From: an uncultured Bacilli bacterium | GTDB taxonomy: Bacteria > Bacillota_I > Bacilli_A > RF39 > UBA660 | Direction: 5' to 3' | Length of the DNA stretch: 64,000 nucleotides | NCBI GenBank assembly: GCA_947629375.1 | Contig: CANRDN010000006.1 | Span: 11,605 to 75,604, forward strand | Shown here: positions 55,595 to 64,000 of the stretch, piece by piece | Layout of the letters: every line of letters starts with the position of its first letter | How positions within the stretch are numbered: position 1 is the stretch's first letter | Notes under the pieces: generated by a model | Databases searched by the model: none | Seen by the model: only the letters and a program-made list of their open reading frames with translations | What the model was told of the DNA's origin: nothing | Position numbers and translations under genes: made by a program

Positions 55595-56260
55595 CTAAAC
55601 CGAAAGTTTCTTTAAAGCATCTTTAGCAGCTTCCTGTTCTGCTTCTTTTTTACTTCCAGCACAGCCTCTTCCATAAAGGATATCATCAATTCTTACTTCG
55701 ACTGTAAAAGTCTTATTGTGAGCAGGTCCTTGTTCATCTACTACTTCATACATAAGACTTCTCTGTTCTGTTTGAACAAATTCCTGTAGGGCACTTTTAT
55801 AATCGCTAAAGAATGTTACTTTAGGATCTTCTATATAAGGAACTGTTACATTAAGTATTACTCTTTTAACTGTAGCAAAGCCTAAATCTAAGTATATTGC
55901 CCCCATTAAAGCTTCAAAAATATCTGCCATAATAACTTTTTTGTATCTTCCACCATCGATTTCTTCACCGTGACCAACCTTAATATATTTACTTAAATTT
56001 AGTCCAATAGAATACTCGTATAAAGCATTTTCACAGACATAGCTTGCTCTTAACTTTGTCATATCGCCTTCTTTAACATTCAAATTGTTAAATAGATAGT
56101 CACTCATTACAAGTTCAAGTACAGCATCCCCTAAAAATTCTAGTCTTTCATAGTCATTTTTTAAATGATTTTCATTGACATATGAAGAATGTTGAAAAGC
56201 AGTTGTATAATATTTTAAATCTTTTGGTTTTATTTTTAATAATTCAAAAAGTTCTTCCAT
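55595..56260 (-). CDS. rnc: Ribonuclease III
   Basis: ERLEFLGDAVLEL signature and a C-terminal dsRBD (GPAHNKTF...GSKKEAEQEAAK). Confidence 0.95.
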   Translation of the reverse strand: MEELFELLKIKPKDLKYYTTAFQHSSYVNENHLKNDYERLEFLGDAVLELVMSDYLFNNLNVKEGDMTKLRASYVCENALYEYSIGLNLSKYIKVGHGEEIDGGRYKKVIMADIFEALMGAIYLDLGFATVKRVILNVTVPYIEDPKVTFFSDYKSALQEFVQTEQRSLMYEVVDEQGPAHNKTFTVEVRIDDILYGRGCAGSKKEAEQEAAKDALKKLSV

Positions 56261-56366
56261 AATATCACCAAAATAAGTATATCAAAATTTATTCTTTAAT
56301 TAAATATGTTTTTAAAATATTGATTAAATACATAAAAAATAGTAAAATAAAAGTGGTCGTGATGAT

Positions 56367-56600
56367 ATGAAAGTATTAGTAAGAATTATTAAATTATATC
56401 AAAATACTCCTCTATCATCCCATAACTCTTGTAGATTTCAACCAACTTGTTCTAATTATGCGATTGAAGCGATAAATGAATATGGAAATCTTAAAGGAAG
56501 TTATTTAGCATTTAAAAGAATTATAAGGTGTAATCCATTTAATAAAAAATATGGATATGATCCTGTACCATTAAAGGAGAAAAAGAATGAAAAGATTTAA
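56367..56600 (+). CDS. yidD: Membrane protein insertion efficiency factor YidD
   Basis: [32 protein letters not shown]. Confidence 0.88.
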   Translation: MKVLVRIIKLYQNTPLSSHNSCRFQPTCSNYAIEAINEYGNLKGSYLAFKRIIRCNPFNKKYGYDPVPLKEKKNEKI

Positions 56601-57459
56601 ATTATTATTGATACCAATTTTAGCACTTTTATTATTTACTGGATGTGATGTTATTAAAGTAGACAATATGGAAGATATAGATATTATTACTACAAGTTAC
56701 CCACTTGAGTATATTATTAAAACTTTGTATGGTGAACATTCCCTTGTTAAGTCAATATTCCCAGATGGCGTTGACACTTATACTTATGAACTTAACGAAG
56801 TAGCTTTGAAAAACTACAGTAAAGAAGATTTATTTGTCTATGTTAGTTACGGAAGAGATAAAGATTTAGCAGTAAACCTACTTAATAAAAATAACGATTT
56901 ATTAATAATTGATGGAAGTCTTGGAATGAAACCTGACTATATTGATGAATTATGGTTGAACCCTTCTAACTTACTTATGGTTGCACTAAATGTTAAAAAA
57001 GGATTAAGTGAATATATAAATAATAGCTATTTAATTAAAGAAATAGATGAAAAGTATGAAGATTTAAAACTAAAATTATCTTTACTAGATGCTGAAATAA
57101 AGTTAACTGCCGAAAACTCAACAAGTAATACGATTGTTACATCAACAAAATCACTAAACTTCTTAAAGAAATATGGTTTTAATGTAATATCTCTAGATGA
57201 TGATAACACTGCTCTTGAAAAAACAGTAAAAGAAGTTACTGAAATGATTGAAGATGGTTCAATTAAATATGTATACTCACTTGAAAATGGAAACAAAAAT
57301 GAAACAGTTGCCCTACTTCTTGAAAATAATAAAAACTTAACCGAAATAAAATTAAAAAGACTTGATAGTATTACAGATGAAGAAAGAAATAATGGTGACG
57401 ATTACTTTAGTTTAATGGAATATAACCTTGAACAAATAAAGAAAGAAACTTATAAATAA
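56587..57459 (+). CDS. ZnuA/PsaA-fold (cluster A-I) solute-binding lipoprotein homologue, probably degenerate
   Basis: Lipobox [23 protein letters not shown] resembles VVTTFYPLY... of metal SBPs. The DPHxYEP motif reads DTYTYEL. No ABC permease or ATPase gene is nearby. Confidence 0.5.
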   Translation: MKRFKLLLIPILALLLFTGCDVIKVDNMEDIDIITTSYPLEYIIKTLYGEHSLVKSIFPDGVDTYTYELNEVALKNYSKEDLFVYVSYGRDKDLAVNLLNKNNDLLIIDGSLGMKPDYIDELWLNPSNLLMVALNVKKGLSEYINNSYLIKEIDEKYEDLKLKLSLLDAEIKLTAENSTSNTIVTSTKSLNFLKKYGFNVISLDDDNTALEKTVKEVTEMIEDGSIKYVYSLENGNKNETVALLLENNKNLTEIKLKRLDSITDEERNNGDDYFSLMEYNLEQIKKETYK

Positions 57460-57463
57460 AAAG

Positions 57464-57487
57464 AAATAGACACTAAGTCTATTTTTT
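57464..57487. terminator. Bidirectional terminator between convergent genes
   Basis: aaatagac-actaa-gtctattt, flanked by an A-run and a T-run. Confidence 0.7.
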
Positions 57488-57868
57488 CTATGCCAAATTA
57501 AACTCTTTAGCTAATGTTATACCTTGATTCTTGTCAGGCAAATAAAAGTTTTTTATAATTCTATAAGTTCCTTTTGGTAATCTTCCATAAAGATATATAA
57601 AGTTTATTTCTATTTCTTCTTTATTATTTGGTGGAAGATGAAATAGTGGTAAAGTAAAGGCTCCTTCTATATTTATTTTGTACCACTCATCTTCTTTTTT
57701 TATTTCTATTTCGTAGGGTGTCCCATATTCTAAAACACTATCAGTATTGTTAGATAAAATAATAGTTGCACCTTCACTATTTAAGGTACCTTCTTTAATT
57801 TCCATAGTAACGCTAGGATAATCTAACACTTCTACTTTAGATACTTCCCCTATTTTTAACTTTTCCAT
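57488..57868 (-). CDS. Hypothetical small beta-rich protein
   Basis: 126-aa ORF with RBS aggagga upstream. No firm family assignment. Confidence 0.5.
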   Translation of the reverse strand: MEKLKIGEVSKVEVLDYPSVTMEIKEGTLNSEGATIILSNNTDSVLEYGTPYEIEIKKEDEWYKINIEGAFTLPLFHLPPNNKEEIEINFIYLYGRLPKGTYRIIKNFYLPDKNQGITLAKEFNLA

Positions 57869-57898
57869 AGTTCCTCCTAATCTTTATTCTATTATAAA

Positions 57899-58474
57899 TT
57901 ACTTCTTAATAATATAAAATATCGAATTATAGTAAAAAGCAAGAAATGTCTTATCAATAGAGCAATTATTTCTTTTTAAAGTCTTATAAAGCCAGGTGAA
58001 ATCCTTTTTTAAATTAAATAAATTATTTTCTTCTAGAGTACCATCAATTATTATAGGGACAAACTTTTTATCGATACTTTTGTAATAAAACACTAAGTTT
58101 CCATCTTGTAAGATGCCACATAAATTCTTATTTAGATTAAATATTTTCTTACTTTTTAAATCGTGAAGTAATTTCGATAAACTGTATTTATTTCTTATCA
58201 AATTTTTAAAATTGATACTTCCATCGATAACAATTATTGAGCTATCAGAGTCACTTACAAAATAGATAGAATAAATAATTAAAATAAGACAAAAGATAAT
58301 CATCAAAAAGACATAAATCCTATCATTACTTGTTAAATATAATAAACTTACCAAGATAAATAAAAAGAAAATCGAAACATTAAAATAATCTTTAAAGTCA
58401 AATCTTCTTATAAAAACTTTTAATAAAGCACATAACATAATTACAAATAAAAGTCTAAATATCAAAATAATCAC
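57899..58474 (-). CDS. Membrane protein, possibly DUF421/YetF-like
   Basis: Hydrophobic N-terminal half followed by IVIDGSINFKNL...SKLLHDLKSKKI...ILQDGNLVFY, which resembles the YetF-family C-terminal domain from memory. Confidence 0.4.
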   Translation of the reverse strand: MIILIFRLLFVIMLCALLKVFIRRFDFKDYFNVSIFFLFILVSLLYLTSNDRIYVFLMIIFCLILIIYSIYFVSDSDSSIIVIDGSINFKNLIRNKYSLSKLLHDLKSKKIFNLNKNLCGILQDGNLVFYYKSIDKKFVPIIIDGTLEENNLFNLKKDFTWLYKTLKRNNCSIDKTFLAFYYNSIFYIIKK

Positions 58475-58529
58475 CTAATATATATTGATATTTATAATAA
58501 TTAAATATTCAATGCATATATTTTAACAG

Positions 58530-58904
58530 GTGAAGAAAATGAAATATTTAAAAGTTTATCTTATAGCAATGTTAATTATTATCGTTGGAACAATTATACT
58601 TGGGAGTTTATCGTATGCTAATATAATTAGTGAAAATATATTCAATATTTTAAAGTCTTTAACAGTGTTTTTAAGTTCTTTTCTAGGTGGATATACTCTT
58701 GGTGGTAAAGCAAGTGAAAAAGGATACTTGGAAGGTGTAAAAATTGGAAGTTTTATCTCTTTAACTTTTCTAATAATTGGATTTCTTCTTTATCGAAAAT
58801 TTAGACTGCAAAAGTTTATTTTATCTCTTTTAATATTATTAGTATCTGTTCTAGGAAGTATCATTGGAATAAATAAAAAGAAAGAAAAAAATAAAAACCA
58901 TTAA
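58530..58904 (+). CDS. Small polytopic membrane protein (possibly TIGR04086-like)
   Basis: 124 aa with four hydrophobic segments and a K-rich tail. The start may be ATG 58539. Confidence 0.4.
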   Translation: MKKMKYLKVYLIAMLIIIVGTIILGSLSYANIISENIFNILKSLTVFLSSFLGGYTLGGKASEKGYLEGVKIGSFISLTFLIIGFLLYRKFRLQKFILSLLILLVSVLGSIIGINKKKEKNKNH

Positions 58905-58911
58905 AAAGTTT

Positions 58912-59589
58912 TTATTTTTCTTTATAATCTTTAAAAGTATACTTAGAAACAATCTCATCTTCATCAATAACAGTACCATTGTCGTATGTAATCTTTGTCG
59001 TATACTGAATAGTTGTATCACTATCCATTTCTTTTTCTAAATCATCAATTACATAAGTAATATAAATACTATTGTCTTTTACTTCAATTGAATTTTGGTA
59101 CTTATCTTTGATAACTGGGTCATTTATTCTATACATTTCGTTATCTAAACTAGTGCTTGTTAGACTAGATAAGATACTGCTATCTTGATCTACAATATAA
59201 AAATCTTGATGATCTTTATATATAACTTTGACCAGTAAAACATCATCTAAAACAGCGTATTCGATATTTTCATACTGAGTAACTTCAATAATAGCAATCT
59301 CGTTAAAAGTAAGTAGAATTCCAGCATCAGTATTTTCAATATCTAAATAATTTTTTTGATCATCTATAAAAATATTAGTCTTTCTATTTTTAAATTTAGA
59401 AAATTCAATATCTTTTTTCTTTTCTTCTTTTTCATCTTGAGCTGGTTCTTCTTCAACAGAGTTATTCATTTCTTTTCTTGCTTGTTCCCTATAATAATCA
59501 TTTACTAGAATAACTAGAACACCCATTATAACTGCAGTAATAAGTCCTAAAACTATTTTTACAACAATGTTTTCTTGAAATTTCTTCAT
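58912..59589 (-). CDS. Membrane-anchored hypothetical protein
   Basis: 225 aa with an N-terminal TM (IVVKIVLGLITAVIMGVLVILV), an acidic linker and a globular domain. Confidence 0.5.
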   Translation of the reverse strand: MKKFQENIVVKIVLGLITAVIMGVLVILVNDYYREQARKEMNNSVEEEPAQDEKEEKKKDIEFSKFKNRKTNIFIDDQKNYLDIENTDAGILLTFNEIAIIEVTQYENIEYAVLDDVLLVKVIYKDHQDFYIVDQDSSILSSLTSTSLDNEMYRINDPVIKDKYQNSIEVKDNSIYITYVIDDLEKEMDSDTTIQYTTKITYDNGTVIDEDEIVSKYTFKDYKEK

Positions 59590-59849
59590 CTACTGCTCCA
59601 AACATTTTTGTTTATATTCTTTTAATGCTTTAGCAATTTGATCAGGGCAAGATGTTTCTTTAGTATGACACCTAATACCTTCTAGTAAAGATATTACTTC
59701 ATCGACATCTCTATCTTGGCATAATTTAGCAATGCCCTTTAAATTACCATTACATCCATTAGTAACAGATAAACTTTTTATTTTGTTATCTTCTATTTCA
59801 TATTCAATCAAAGTTGAACAAACTCCCTTAGGATAATACACACCTTTCA

Positions 59850-59850
<1 letters not shown>
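59590..59850 (-). CDS. TSCPD-domain small protein (TIGR03905 family)
   Basis: 86 aa; CSTLIEYEI...GCNGNLKGIAKL...ETSCPDQIAKAL. Confidence 0.7.
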
Positions 59851-62283
<2,433 letters not shown>

Positions 62284-62289
62284 AGAAAA

Positions 62290-62318
62290 AGATGCTCAAT
62301 GCATCTATTTTTTTTCTT
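62290..62318. terminator. Bidirectional terminator
   Basis: agatgc-tcaat-gcatct followed by T8, with an A-run upstream. Overlaps the plsC stop. Confidence 0.65.
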
Positions 62319-62916
62319 TTGTTCCACCTTTTTTCATAAGTTTTCCTATCTCTTTAGCCAATTTTTTATTAGCTTCTTCTAGGGTCATATTGCCTACTTT
62401 AAAAGGCTTTCCTATATAATATACTAAATTTTTACTTCTAAACTTATAGTCACCACTAATTCCTACTGGCACTAGATAAGCATCGGTTTTTTGGGCCATT
62501 GAAACAGCTCCAAACTTAAATGGTAGTAAGAAAGCATCTGTTTTATTTCTTGTTCCTTCAGGGAAAAGCCCAATTGCACCATTATCGTATAAAACATCCA
62601 AAGCTTTATTTTTTGCTTCGTCATCGTGAATACTTCTATCGACACTAATACAACCAGCCATCTTAAAAAACCAAGCGTGTTTACCATCAAAATATTCTTT
62701 TTTTGCCATATAATGAATTACTCTTTTAGTAGAAACAATCATAGCACATTGATCCATTACGTGCTTATGATTGGCAGTTATTAAAATTGGACCTTCTTTA
62801 GGTATATTTTCCTTACCATATATTTTAGGATTATACCAAAACTTAAAGATTGGCCCTAAAAAAATTTTAAAAAATTTGTATCCTCTTTCTGGAAGTTTTT
62901 CTTTTGTTTTGCCCAT
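62305..62916 (-). CDS. 1-acyl-sn-glycerol-3-phosphate acyltransferase family protein
   Basis: HX4D motif NHKHVMDQ and FPEGTRNK. Confidence 0.8.
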   Translation of the reverse strand: MGKTKEKLPERGYKFFKIFLGPIFKFWYNPKIYGKENIPKEGPILITANHKHVMDQCAMIVSTKRVIHYMAKKEYFDGKHAWFFKMAGCISVDRSIHDDEAKNKALDVLYDNGAIGLFPEGTRNKTDAFLLPFKFGAVSMAQKTDAYLVPVGISGDYKFRSKNLVYYIGKPFKVGNMTLEEANKKLAKEIGKLMKKGGTKEKK

Positions 62917-64000
62917 TACTTTTTGTTTTCCTCCTCTTCTTCTGCTAGTTTTTTAAAGTCTACTTTACCTATTAAAGTTTTTGGTAAAGATTTTCTAAAT
63001 TCGTATTCATAGGGTAAAGAATAATGAGAAAGATTCTTTTCACAAAGTTCTTTAATGCTCTTTTTTAAACTTGAAGATTCTTGATAACCATTCTTTAAGA
63101 CAATTATAGCTTTAGCTACTTGAACTTTATATTTGTGAGGTATTCCAATAACTGTACATTTCATAACAGCTTCGTGAGATTCAATTATGTTTTCTATTTG
63201 TTGTGGATATACATTGTAACCAGAAGATATTATCATTCTTTTTAATCTACTTTGATAGAATATTATTCCATCGTCTCTTATGTAACCCATATCTCCTGTA
63301 TGTAACCATAACTTTTTATCTTTATGAATTTGTAAGACATCATTTGTTTCTTTTTCGTTATTGTAATATCCCATCATTACTGTAGGTCCATTGATACAAA
63401 TTTCTCCGATTTCACCATTTGGTACTTCTTCTTGAGTGTTTTGTCTTACTATTTTAAAAGTATTACCTGGGAAAGGTATTCCAATACTTCCAAGGACATT
63501 GTGTTCGCCATAAGCAAGACAAGTGGCTGCTACTGCTTCAGTAAGTCCATATCCTTGCATTACTTGAACTTCGCACTTGTGATTAAGTAAGAATTCATTT
63601 ACCCTTTGACCTAGAGCTTCAGTAAGACAGTCTCCTCCACTTACAACATATTTTAGATTTGACAAGTCAAGTTTCTTATTATTAGTATTTAATAAAGCTT
63701 CAAATAAAGTTGGAACGCCAACAATTACACTTGGATTGTTCTTCTTAATTAATTTATCGAAATGTCTTGAATCAAATTGAGGAATTAAATCGACACACGA
63801 ACCAATATGTAGAACTGAGTGGATTGATACACCTAGTCCAAAGCCGTGGAATACAGGCATTATGGCAAGAATTTTATCGTTTGGTTCTAGCTTATTAAAG
63901 ATTATTTTTACTTGTTCAGCAAGAGCATTAAAGTTACCATTTGATAGAACTATTCCTTTAGGAGTACCCGTCGTACCACCACTATGAAGCATTACAGCAG
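62916..64000 (-). CDS. AMP-dependent acyl-CoA/acyl-ACP synthetase (fatty-acid ligase), 5' end beyond window
   Basis: The frame stays open to base 64000 (..AVMLHSGGTTGTPKG AMP-binding motif). Also shows GYGLTE and HTGDMG. The stop overlaps the acyltransferase start by 1 nt. Confidence 0.8.
   Translation of the reverse strand, partial: AVMLHSGGTTGTPKGIVLSNGNFNALAEQVKIIFNKLEPNDKILAIMPVFHGFGLGVSIHSVLHIGSCVDLIPQFDSRHFDKLIKKNNPSVIVGVPTLFEALLNTNNKKLDLSNLKYVVSGGDCLTEALGQRVNEFLLNHKCEVQVMQGYGLTEAVAATCLAYGEHNVLGSIGIPFPGNTFKIVRQNTQEEVPNGEIGEICINGPTVMMGYYNNEKETNDVLQIHKDKKLWLHTGDMGYIRDDGIIFYQSRLKRMIISSGYNVYPQQIENIIESHEAVMKCTVIGIPHKYKVQVAKAIIVLKNGYQESSSLKKSIKELCEKNLSHYSLPYEYEFRKSLPKTLIGKVDFKKLAEEEEENKK

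Overview
This is a chromosomal window from a very AT-rich, endospore-forming Firmicute. That is judged by eye from the Bacillus-like gene order and from spoIVB, spoIIM, spoVB, yqfC, yqfD and ylbJ; no statistics were computed. Most of the window is conserved housekeeping. Plus strand: a hrcA-grpE-dnaK-dnaJ operon with two CIRCE elements and an interposed pepF, followed by xerD-deoB. Minus strand: mnmA, mtaB, rsmE, miaA, mutL, uvrC, mutS, lepA-hemW, murE, then the block recO-yqzL-era-cdd-dgkA-ybeY-vanZ-yqfD-yqfC-yqeY-rpsU, then rnj, rnc, tgt, and plsC with an acyl-CoA ligase that runs off the right edge. The items that housekeeping does not explain are listed here. (1) The 650-bp gap between rpsU and rnj holds a strongly SD-driven 30-codon hydrophobic ORF. 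Its predicted mRNA ends pair over 26 bp, and a convergent plus-strand terminator fits a roughly 75-nt antisense RNA, so the locus looks like a type I toxin-antitoxin module. (2) An internally deleted tnpB (IS200/IS605 family) keeps an omega-RNA-like structured tail and lies between diverging type IV pilus/Com-like genes. (3) That pilus-like set is orphan: two pseudopilins plus one ATPase with a K/E-rich tail, and no platform protein or prepilin peptidase in the window. (4) The RNase J homologue has three canonical metal ligands substituted. (5) Several micro-ORFs fall below the ORF-track cutoff, including a yqzL-like gene and a self-contained 33-aa membrane peptide gene. (6) A small membrane-protein gene and its terminator are tandemly duplicated, and one copy is decayed. 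(7) A 600-bp extremely AT-rich stretch carries no ORF. I recognised no rRNA gene, tRNA gene or CRISPR array by eye.
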